Source: Propionibacterium ruminifibrarum
Lineage (GTDB): Bacteria > Actinomycetota > Actinomycetes > Propionibacteriales > Propionibacteriaceae
NCBI RefSeq assembly: GCF_900289195.1
Contig: NZ_OMOH01000005.1
Span: forward strand, 60,001 to 92,000
Reading direction: 5' to 3'
DNA: 32,000 bases
Below, in pieces: positions 1-7,395 of this stretch. The translations under genes and the position numbers were made by a program. The stretch's first letter is position 1, and each line of letters begins with the position of its first letter. Below the pieces are notes generated by a model that saw nothing but the letters and a program-made list of their open reading frames with translations, ran no database searches and had not been told where the DNA came from.

Positions 1-1175
1 GTCCGGACGCCGCGCTCGGGGTCGAAGGTCTCGATGCGTTCGCCGCCGAAATTGGCGCCGCCGCCGAACTTCAGGTTGATGCCGACGGCCGTGGTCTCGT
101 CGATGACGACGATGCCCTCGGCGTCGCACTGGCGCATCATCTCCTCCGAGTACGGGTAGTGGCTCGTGCGGAAGCTGTTGGCGCCCTGCCAGCCCATGAT
201 CGCGATGTCGCGGGTGTTCATCGGCAGGTTGATGCCGCGGCCGGCCGGGAAGGTGTCCTCGTGCTTGCCGTAGCCCTTGAAGTAGAAGGGCCGTTCGTTG
301 ATGAGGAATTTCGTGCCGTCGACGCGAACCGTGCGGATGCCGAAGGGCTCGGTGTAGACGTCCTCGCCGAACCGCACCCGCACCTGGTACAGGTGGCCGG
401 CGCCCGGCTGCCACAGCGTCGGGTTGGCGACCGTGAGCCGGCCGCTCGTGCCGGAGGACTCGTCGATCCGCGTGCCGTCGGCGTCGAGCAGCTCGACGGA
501 GCACGCCCCGTCGCCGACCGTGGTGACCTGGTAGTTCACGGTGGCCCTGGCCGCCGTGCCCGCCTCGGCGTCGATGCCCTCGACGTCGCTGGTCAGGGCG
601 ATGTCGGCGATGTAGGACCGGGGCGTGGTGCAGAGCCGGACCGGGCGAGTGATACCGCAGTAGTTGAAGAAGTCGAAGTTGGGGTGGTTCTGCTTCTTGG
701 CCTGCTCGGGGGCCTCGGCGATACCGCCCATCATGCCGCCGAGCATGTCACCTTTGCCGCCCACCGGCAGCGTCGTGTAGTCGATGACGTTGTCGACGGC
801 GATGGTCAGCAGGTTCTCGCCCTCATCCAGGTGCCCGTCCAGTTCGACCTCGAACGGCAGGAAGCCGCCGTGGTGCTCGGCGACGAGTTCACCGTTCAGG
901 TACACCCGCGCGTGGTGGGTGACTGCGTCGGCGCGCAGCACGACGCGCTGGTCGCGCAGGGCGGCCGGCACCGAGATCGTGCGCTGGTAGAAGACCCAGC
1001 CGTAGTGGTCACGGAAGTCGATGCCCTCCTTCAGGTCGTTGTAGGAGGCCGGCACCGGCATGGTCATGGCATCGGCGAGAGGGGCGGCGTACCACTTCTC
1101 GTCGAAGCCGGTGCCGTCGTCGAGCTTGAAGTCCCAGACGCCGCCGAGGTCGACGACCACGCGGGAGTCGGTCAT
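1..1175 (-). CDS. uidA: beta-glucuronidase (glycoside hydrolase family 2), N-terminal ~391 aa; 3' end beyond window edge
   Basis: The minus-strand frame is open from the window edge to an ATG (CAT at 1173-1175), with an alternative in-frame ATG at 1188-1190. My translation is MTDSRVVVDLGGVWDFKLDD...DAVTHHARVYLNGELVAEHHGGFLPFE...NHPNFDFFNYCGITRPVRL...FYFKGYGKHED...GANSFRTSHYPYSEEMMRQCDAEGIVVIDETTAVG. It matches E. coli UidA motif for motif (DAVTHYGKVWVN, HDFFNYAGIHRSV, FYFTGFGRHED, GANSYRTSHYPYAEEM, GIVVIDETAAVG). It is missing from the ORF track because no stop codon lies inside the window. Confidence 0.9.
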   Translation of the reverse strand, partial: MTDSRVVVDLGGVWDFKLDDGTGFDEKWYAAPLADAMTMPVPASYNDLKEGIDFRDHYGWVFYQRTISVPAALRDQRVVLRADAVTHHARVYLNGELVAEHHGGFLPFEVELDGHLDEGENLLTIAVDNVIDYTTLPVGGKGDMLGGMMGGIAEAPEQAKKQNHPNFDFFNYCGITRPVRLCTTPRSYIADIALTSDVEGIDAEAGTAARATVNYQVTTVGDGACSVELLDADGTRIDESSGTSGRLTVANPTLWQPGAGHLYQVRVRFGEDVYTEPFGIRTVRVDGTKFLINERPFYFKGYGKHEDTFPAGRGINLPMNTRDIAIMGWQGANSFRTSHYPYSEEMMRQCDAEGIVVIDETTAVGINLKFGGGANFGGERIETFDPERGVR

Positions 1176-1229
1176 TGTCGGGTAGAGCATTCTCCTCGTC
1201 TCCGTTCGATTGTGCTGAGGATGGGCTGA

Positions 1230-1273
1230 GGCGCCCCGCGGTGCCGGCCGTGGCCGGCTCACCGCGGGGCGCC
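1230..1273 (-). terminator. extended GC-rich hairpin between transporter stop and uidA start (intercistronic terminator/attenuator or RNA-stability element)
   Basis: GGCGCCCCGCGGTG (1230-1243) is the perfect reverse complement of CACCGCGGGGCGCC (1260-1273). The 16-nt spacer contains a nested CCGGCC-GT-GGCCGG (1244-1257). No U-tract follows on the minus strand. Confidence 0.4.
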
Positions 1274-1285
1274 GGAGGGGGTTGG

Positions 1286-2692
1286 TCAGGCCTTGGCCTC
1301 GCGCTGGGCGGCAAGCTGGGCGGCGTTGGCGTCCACGCGCTTCTTGTTCAGCGGGTACAGGAACCACAGGGCGAAGAAGAGCAGGGCGAAGGAGACGCCG
1401 GGCACCAGGCAGGTGATGTTGTAGATGCCGTCGGTGACCTCGGGGGTGAAGCCGGTCTCCGCCTTGTAGCCCACGACCGACAACAGGATGCCGGTCAGGC
1501 CGGCAGATCCGGCCTGACCGAGCTTGCGGGCCCACGAGTAGGTGGCGTACACGGTGCCGTCCTGGCGGTCGCCGAAACGCACCTCGGTGTCGTCGATGAC
1601 GTCGATGATCATGGCCCAGCAGATGAGCGAGAAGGAGGCCACACCGAGCCAGGCGAAGACGTAGAAGGCGATCCAGACTCGGACGTCATGGGTGTGGGCG
1701 AAGAAGGCGGCGAACAGGGCCACGGCGGAGATGGCGATGGTCACCATGGAGATCTCCTTCTTGCCGAACCTGCGGGCCAGGGCCGGCGTGAAGACCGACA
1801 GCACCAGCGTGATCGCGGCGCCGATGAAGGTGATGTACGAGAGCATCGAGGGGCTGTTGAAGTAGTTCGGGTAGATGTAGTTGCCCATGTTGCCCAGCGA
1901 GAGCTGGCCGACGAGCAGCAGCAGCGCGCAGACGACGATGCCGATGAGCGCGCGGTTGGTGAACAGGTACTTCAGCAGGTAGGTGAGGGAGAACTTCTGG
2001 GTCGTCTTCTCCAGCTTCACCCGCTCGGTGCTCATCTGGTAGCAGATGAGGTAGCAGCCCACGGCCAGCACGGAGCAGAACACCGAGGCCCACATCATCT
2101 TGGTGCCGTCCAGGATCGAATCGCCGGCCTCGTTCCGGTAGTAGACGAACAGGGGCAGCGCGACGCCGATGACGACCTGGCCGATGGTGGCGCCGATGCC
2201 TCGCCAGGTGGACAGGGCGGTGCGGTCGTCGGGGTTGTCGGAGATCGCCGAAGCCATCGAGCCGTAGGGGATGTTGATGCTCGTGTAGCAGACCGAGCCC
2301 CACAGCAGGTAGCTGAAGAACATCCAGAAGATCTTGAAGCCCATCGGCATGTCCTGGAACCACACGGCGAAGCAGAGCACCGAGGCCACGGCCACCGGGG
2401 CGCACATGCGGCGCAGCCAAGGGGCGAACTTGCCCTTGGCGGTCGGCCTGCTGCGGTCGATGATCTGGCCCATCGTCACGTCGGTGAACGCGTCGACGAT
2501 GCGGCAGGCCATCATCATGGTTCCGACCAGGGCAGCCGAGACGCCCATGACATCGGTGTAGAACTTCATGAGGAACATGGCCGACAGCACGAAGGTGAGG
2601 TCGTTGCCGAAGTCGCCGAACGCGTACCCGATCTTGTCCCGCCAGCCGAATGGCCTGACCCGCGTTGGTCCGGTCTGGACAACACTGCTCAT
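1286..2692 (-). CDS. uidB: glycoside-pentoside-hexuronide (GPH):cation symporter, glucuronide transporter-like
   Basis: This 468-aa ORF has about 12 hydrophobic segments. The N-terminus WRDKIGYAFGDFGNDLTFVLSAMFLMKFYTDVMGVSAALVGTMMMACRIVDAFTDV and the internal INIPYGSMASAIS parallel E. coli UidB/GusB (WRTIVGYSLGDVANNF...[41 protein letters not shown]). It lies directly upstream of uidA on the same strand. The symbol is assigned from family plus context only. Confidence 0.8.
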   Translation of the reverse strand: MSSVVQTGPTRVRPFGWRDKIGYAFGDFGNDLTFVLSAMFLMKFYTDVMGVSAALVGTMMMACRIVDAFTDVTMGQIIDRSRPTAKGKFAPWLRRMCAPVAVASVLCFAVWFQDMPMGFKIFWMFFSYLLWGSVCYTSINIPYGSMASAISDNPDDRTALSTWRGIGATIGQVVIGVALPLFVYYRNEAGDSILDGTKMMWASVFCSVLAVGCYLICYQMSTERVKLEKTTQKFSLTYLLKYLFTNRALIGIVVCALLLLVGQLSLGNMGNYIYPNYFNSPSMLSYITFIGAAITLVLSVFTPALARRFGKKEISMVTIAISAVALFAAFFAHTHDVRVWIAFYVFAWLGVASFSLICWAMIIDVIDDTEVRFGDRQDGTVYATYSWARKLGQAGSAGLTGILLSVVGYKAETGFTPEVTDGIYNITCLVPGVSFALLFFALWFLYPLNKKRVDANAAQLAAQREAKA

Positions 2693-2892
2693 GTGAGTGC
2701 CCTTCTGTTGCAGGGGCGGTGCCGGCGCGTGGCATCACTGCTCACGTGTCCGGTGCCCCGAACGATGTGGTGGTTCTGGCTCCAGGAGACGCGAACGATG
2801 CGTTCCCGCCTGGCCGGTGCGGGGGCCGCGCCGGGAACAGGCTCCAGTGACCCCAACTCTCGGGGTTCGGGCTGGGCGAACGCAAACACCCC

Positions 2893-2907
2893 TGGCAACA
2901 GTTGCCA
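2893..2907. promoter_or_regulatory. perfect 15-nt palindrome TGGCAAC-A-GTTGCCA in the divergent uidB/rarD intergenic region (candidate operator)
   Basis: TGGCAAC (2893-2899), A (2900), GTTGCCA (2901-2907). It lies 65 nt upstream of the rarD ATG and ~200 nt upstream of the uidB-like start. A related half-site pair GTTGCA-GTTC-TTGCCA occurs at 2925-2940. Confidence 0.3.
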
Positions 2908-2971
2908 AGGGTGGGGCGTGGATTGTTGCAGTTCTTGCCAGATTTTTCGGCTCAGCCAGTGGCGGGTGAGA

Positions 2972-3886
2972 ATGATCCCCGTGGGTGGGGCGACGGAGCG
3001 GAGAAAGGGCACTTTCTACGGGCTGGCCTGCTACATCCTGTGGGGCTTCTTCCCGCTGTACTTCCACCTCGTACGGCGCACCAACGCGTTCGAGATCATC
3101 GCCGACCGGCTCGTCTTCGCGTTCCTCTTCTGTCTGCTCCTCATCTCGCTGCTGCACGGCTGGCGGGTGATCGGGGCGATCTGGTCGCAGCGGGGGCTGG
3201 CGGCCTCGCTGGCGCTGTCCGGTGTCCTCATCACCGCCAACTGGACGATCTACGTCTGGGGAGTCACCACGGGCCACGCCATCGATGCGGCCCTCGGCTA
3301 CTTCATCAACCCGCTGCTGTCCACGCTCATCGGTGTCGTGGGCCTCCACGAGCGGCTGCGCAGACCGCAGGTCGTGGCCTTCGGTTTCGGCGCCCTGGCC
3401 GTCGTGGCGCTCATCGTCGGTTACGGCAAGGTGCCGTGGGTGGCTCTGGGCGTCTCGACGAGTTTCGCGTTCTACACGCTGGTGAAGAACCGCCAGGGCT
3501 CCCACGTGAGGCCCCTGCCCGGCCTGCTCAGCGAAACCGCGGCCGTCGTCCCCGCGGCCGTCGCCTACATGGTCTGGTCCGCCCGCCGCGGGACGCTCAC
3601 CACGGACCTGACCACGCCCTACGGATGGCTGCTCGCCCTCGCCGGCCCGATGACGGCCGTCCCGCTCCTGCTGTTCGCCGCTGCCGCGGCACGGGTCACG
3701 ATGACGACGATCGGCGTGCTGCAGTACATCTCACCGCTCATGCAGTTCCTCGTCGGGTGGCTCATCCTCGGCGAGCAGATGCCCGCTGCCCGCTGGGTCG
3801 GGTTCGTCATCATCTGGATCGCGGTGCTCATCTTCCTGTGCGACACCGTCCGGGTGGCGCGGCAGGGCCGGCACATGCCCGGGTGA
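2972..3886 (+). CDS. rarD: EamA/DMT-family transporter RarD
   Basis: This is the C-terminal part of the 903-aa track ORF. An in-frame ATG lies at 2972 and a GTG at 2966. The sequence KGTFYGLACYILWGFFPLYFHLV...TANWTIYVWGVTTGHAIDAALGYFINPL...IGVLQYISPLMQFLVGWLILGE is characteristic of RarD, with 10 TM segments. The upstream 1175-2971 part of that ORF is antisense to uidB and was rejected. Confidence 0.85.
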   Translation: MIPVGGATERRKGTFYGLACYILWGFFPLYFHLVRRTNAFEIIADRLVFAFLFCLLLISLLHGWRVIGAIWSQRGLAASLALSGVLITANWTIYVWGVTTGHAIDAALGYFINPLLSTLIGVVGLHERLRRPQVVAFGFGALAVVALIVGYGKVPWVALGVSTSFAFYTLVKNRQGSHVRPLPGLLSETAAVVPAAVAYMVWSARRGTLTTDLTTPYGWLLALAGPMTAVPLLLFAAAAARVTMTTIGVLQYISPLMQFLVGWLILGEQMPAARWVGFVIIWIAVLIFLCDTVRVARQGRHMPG

Positions 3887-3910
3887 CCCCGGAGGGAGCC
3901 ACCCGGGCGG

Positions 3911-5395
3911 TCAGGGCCGTTCGGGGCCGGTCCGGTCGGGGGTTCTCGTCGCCGGCGGGATCGGGGGACGGGAACGGTAGGCGCCCGGGGCGTCGACGAT
4001 CACGCCGGTGCCCGCGGCCTTGACGAGTTCCCTGGGGGCGAGCCAGCGGGCCAGGTGGTAGACGCCGACGGTGACGATCGTGCCGAGCGCGATACCGCCG
4101 AGGGTGAAGTCGTCGCCGAAGCTCAGCGAGACGTCACCGATGCCGATGATGAGGCCGGCCGCCACCGGGACGAGATTGAGCGGGTTGCCGAAGTCGACCC
4201 GGTTCTCCTTCCAGATCTTCGCGCCGAGCAGCCCGATCATGCCGTACAGCACGACGCAGATGCCGCCCAGGACGCCCGAGGGCGTGGCCGAGATGATGGC
4301 GCCGAACTTGGGGCTGAAACCGAACAGGATCGCGACGAGTGCCGCCACCACGTAGGCGGCCGTCGAGTAGACGCGTGTCGCGGCCATGACGCCGATGTTC
4401 TCCGCGTAGGTCGTCGTCGGGCCCGCCCCGGCCAGGGTGGCCAGCATCGAGGTGGCGCCGTCGGTCGCGATGGCCCTGCCCATCTGGTGATCGAGGTTGC
4501 GGCCGGTCATCTCCGCCACCGCCTTCACGTGGCCGGTGTTCTCGGCGATGAGAGCGATGACGACGGGCAGGGCGAGCAGGATGAAGGCCAGGTGGAACAT
4601 GGGCAGGTGGAAGCCCACGACATTCGTCGAGGCGTAGCTGCCCGCCCCGTCCGGCCCGATGACGTAGCTCCAGCTGTCCAGGTCGGTGACCGGCGGCAGG
4701 CCGATCCAGTCGGCCGAGGCGACGCCCGACCAGTCGACGCGCGGCGCGATGGTGCCGTCCGGCTGGGTGATGGGCCCGAGCACCAGGTCCTCGAGCCAGC
4801 TCAGTACGTAGCCGAAGACCATGGCCACGAAGATCGCCACCCGCGACAGGAAGCCCCGCGGCGCCACCGAGAGCACCACGACGACGATCATCGTGACCAG
4901 CGCCGTCCACTGGTCCTTGGGCCAGTAGGACTGGGCGACGGTCGGCGCGAGGTTGAAGCCGATGAGCATGACGACGGCGCCGGTGACGACCGGCGGCAGG
5001 ATGCGTCCGATGACCCGGGAGCCGGCGAAGTGGATGATGAGACCGCACATGAACAGCGTCAGGCCGACGCAGAACAGGGCGCCCGAGACGTCACTGGGCG
5101 TGCCGCCGGCGGCATAGATCGCGGTGGCGACGCCGGGGAAGGCCGCCGAGGACCCCAGGTAGCTGGGCACCTCGTGCTTGGTGACGATGATGAAGACGAG
5201 GGTCGAGACGCCGCTCATCATCACGGCGAGCTGAGGGTTCAGGCCCATCAGGAGCGGGAACACGAAGGTGGCGCCGAACATGGCCACCACGTGCTGGGCG
5301 CCGAGACCGATCGTCTTGCCCCAGCCGAGCCGCTCGTCCGGGGCCACGACCTCGCCGGGTCCCAGTTCGCCGTTGTTGTGCAGTTTCCAGATCAC
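3911..5395 (-). CDS. nucleobase:cation symporter-2 (NCS2) family permease (uracil/xanthine/pyrimidine permease-like)
   Basis: This 494-aa polytopic protein has a GTG start (CAC at 5393-5395). The motif GLGAQHVVAMFGATFVFPLLMG matches the NCS2 signature region (GLQHVLAMFGATVLVP). IAENTGHVKAV and TTTYAENIGVMAATRVYS are also typical of the family. Confidence 0.85.
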   Translation of the reverse strand: MIWKLHNNGELGPGEVVAPDERLGWGKTIGLGAQHVVAMFGATFVFPLLMGLNPQLAVMMSGVSTLVFIIVTKHEVPSYLGSSAAFPGVATAIYAAGGTPSDVSGALFCVGLTLFMCGLIIHFAGSRVIGRILPPVVTGAVVMLIGFNLAPTVAQSYWPKDQWTALVTMIVVVVLSVAPRGFLSRVAIFVAMVFGYVLSWLEDLVLGPITQPDGTIAPRVDWSGVASADWIGLPPVTDLDSWSYVIGPDGAGSYASTNVVGFHLPMFHLAFILLALPVVIALIAENTGHVKAVAEMTGRNLDHQMGRAIATDGATSMLATLAGAGPTTTYAENIGVMAATRVYSTAAYVVAALVAILFGFSPKFGAIISATPSGVLGGICVVLYGMIGLLGAKIWKENRVDFGNPLNLVPVAAGLIIGIGDVSLSFGDDFTLGGIALGTIVTVGVYHLARWLAPRELVKAAGTGVIVDAPGAYRSRPPIPPATRTPDRTGPERP

Positions 5396-5581
5396 TGCTC
5401 ACCCTCTTCCCTGTGCAACCGGTCCGTACGCGACGGTGCCGCCCCGGTCGCGTGCCATGGGCGGCGCCGGCCGGGCGCGGCCCGCAACAGTGTAGGGGAC
5501 CCGTAGCAGCTCCGGGCGCGAGCCCTCAGCGGCGGGACGGCGCCGGCTGCCGGGCGTGACGGGCGTCGGCGGCCGGGGCGG

Positions 5582-7297
5582 TCAGATCCAGGTGCTGAAC
5601 CACATGCGCATGAGCCACTGGCGCCTGGTCATCAGGGCGTCGGTGAGGATCGGGTAGATGAAGATGAAGTTCGCCACGATGAGCACTGTCGCCGCAGTGG
5701 CGATGAACGCGCCCCGGCGGCGTCTGAGCGGCGGGGCGTCCGCCGGCCCGAGGATGCGCCCGAGCACCAGGGCCAGCACGGTGGCGGTGAACGGGATGAG
5801 CATGATCGCGTAGAAGAAGAACGTGGGGCGATCCGAGCTGGGGAACCACATCAGCCAGGTGGCCGCGGCGGCGACGATCGGCACGCAGTAGTTCCACTGG
5901 CGCCCCCCGATCCAGAAGAACAGGCCTGCGATGACGGCCAGGCACGCGAACCACCACAGGAAGGGGGTGCCGGCGCCGGAGATGACCCGCAGGCAGGTGT
6001 CGTCGACCGCGGTGCAGCCGTCCTCGCCGGGCTGGATGCCGTTGACCGCATCGATGCCGATGACGCGCGCCATGATCGGCCAGCCGGCCGGTTTCGCGTC
6101 GTACGTGTGGGTCTGCTCGGCGATCCAGTCACCGGTGTGGAAGGCGTAGATGTCGTAGTGGTAGTGCACCAGGCTGCCGAGGGCCGGGCCCAGCGCCCTG
6201 GTGAGGAGGTCGTCCGGGTGCTGGGCGCCCCACTGGCGGTCGTAGCCTCCGTCGGTGAGCAGCCAGCTCGTCCACGTCGCCACGTAGACGACGAGCGCCC
6301 CGACGACGAGATAGCAGAAGGCTGCCAGACCGTCGCGCACCAGACTGCGGACCGCCGAACGGCCCGCGCCGGCCATCAGGCGTGCCCGGTAGTCGTGGAC
6401 GAGGCTGAGGATGCCGAAGACGGCGAGGACGTACACGGCGTTCCACTTGCAGCCGCAGGCCGCACCGAAGAGCAGGCCGCTCGCCAGCCGCCAGGGCCGC
6501 CACAGCAGCAGCGGGCCGTACCCGCCTCCCAGGTTGAGCAGGTTGTTGGCACGCAGATGATCGGCCAGCCTGTGCCGGAACCAGTCGCGGTCGGCTAGCC
6601 AGCAGCCGACCGCCGCGACGGTGAAGAAGGCCTCGAAGATGTCGAGCAGCGCGATGCGGCTCAGCACGAAGCTCAGGCCGTCGACGGTGATGAACAGGCC
6701 AGCCATGGCACCCACCAGCGTGGACCGGCCCAGCCGGCGGGCCATGCGTACGACGGCGCCGATCAGCAGGCAGCCGAAGACCAGGGAGGCGAACCGCCAC
6801 CCGAAGGGCGTCATGCCGAACAGCTGCTCGCCGCTCGCGATGAGCCACTTGCCGAGCTGGGGGTGCACGATGAACGAGGGCGTGCTCGACCAGCCGTCCA
6901 CGACCCCTGCGGCGATCTGGTCGTTGGCGTCCTGCCCCCAGGTGCCCTCATAGCCCAGGTGCAGCAGCGTCCAGGCGTCCTTGGCGTAGTAGGTCTCGTC
7001 GAACTCGATGTACGCCGGTCGCCCGATGTTGACGACACGGATGGCGAAGCCGAGGGCGACCAGGACAACGGTCACCAGCCAGCTCCGCGCCTCGTCGAGT
7101 GCGAGGACGGCTGCCTCGTCCAGGCGTTCGATGGTGGAGGGCAGCACCGGGCGCAGGCCATCGCCGTGCCGGGGGGTGCTCGCCATGGCCGGGACCGGGA
7201 GTGAACTCACACGCTCCATGTTAAACGCCGGCCCCATGGGCGAGAGGAACCCTGAGTCGGCGTCACCGGACGTCCCCATTCCCGGCCGGGTGCGCAC
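5582..7297 (-). CDS. pmt: dolichyl/polyprenyl-phosphate-mannose--protein mannosyltransferase (GT39, Pmt)
   Basis: This 571-aa polytopic protein contains the N-terminal loop FDETYYAKDAW (the GT39 DE motif region), followed by multiple TM helices and a C-terminal PMT_4TMC-like end. Its position next to rsmI is conserved in Actinobacteria (Rv1002c/Rv1003). The start codon is uncertain because several in-frame Met codons occur. Confidence 0.85.
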   Translation of the reverse strand: MRTRPGMGTSGDADSGFLSPMGPAFNMERVSSLPVPAMASTPRHGDGLRPVLPSTIERLDEAAVLALDEARSWLVTVVLVALGFAIRVVNIGRPAYIEFDETYYAKDAWTLLHLGYEGTWGQDANDQIAAGVVDGWSSTPSFIVHPQLGKWLIASGEQLFGMTPFGWRFASLVFGCLLIGAVVRMARRLGRSTLVGAMAGLFITVDGLSFVLSRIALLDIFEAFFTVAAVGCWLADRDWFRHRLADHLRANNLLNLGGGYGPLLLWRPWRLASGLLFGAACGCKWNAVYVLAVFGILSLVHDYRARLMAGAGRSAVRSLVRDGLAAFCYLVVGALVVYVATWTSWLLTDGGYDRQWGAQHPDDLLTRALGPALGSLVHYHYDIYAFHTGDWIAEQTHTYDAKPAGWPIMARVIGIDAVNGIQPGEDGCTAVDDTCLRVISGAGTPFLWWFACLAVIAGLFFWIGGRQWNYCVPIVAAAATWLMWFPSSDRPTFFFYAIMLIPFTATVLALVLGRILGPADAPPLRRRRGAFIATAATVLIVANFIFIYPILTDALMTRRQWLMRMWFSTWI

Positions 7298-7395
7298 CGG
7301 CTGATCGCCGACCTCTGCCGCCTGCTCCCGGAGCTGGCTCGTCGTGGAGGCGCTGGGTATCGTAATGCCAGCATGTCCACCAGGAGGACTCCCAC

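Noticed and set aside
159-1229. 356-aa plus-strand ORF at the left edge
   Set aside because: It is antisense to the beta-glucuronidase frame, which carries strong GH2/UidA motifs. Its own translation has no recognisable domain.
1175-2971. Upstream two-thirds of the 903-aa plus-strand ORF (1175-3886)
   Set aside because: This part is antisense to the well-supported GPH transporter and is low-complexity (GGEAG/HGDG repeats). Only the C-terminal RarD part, from the ATG at 2972, is credible.
5396-5581. Possible purine/nucleobase riboswitch upstream of the NCS2 permease
   Set aside because: I read the minus-strand leader and could not find conserved purine-riboswitch junction sequences or a three-way-junction arrangement. 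It is probably just a promoter and RBS region. An Infernal scan would be decisive.
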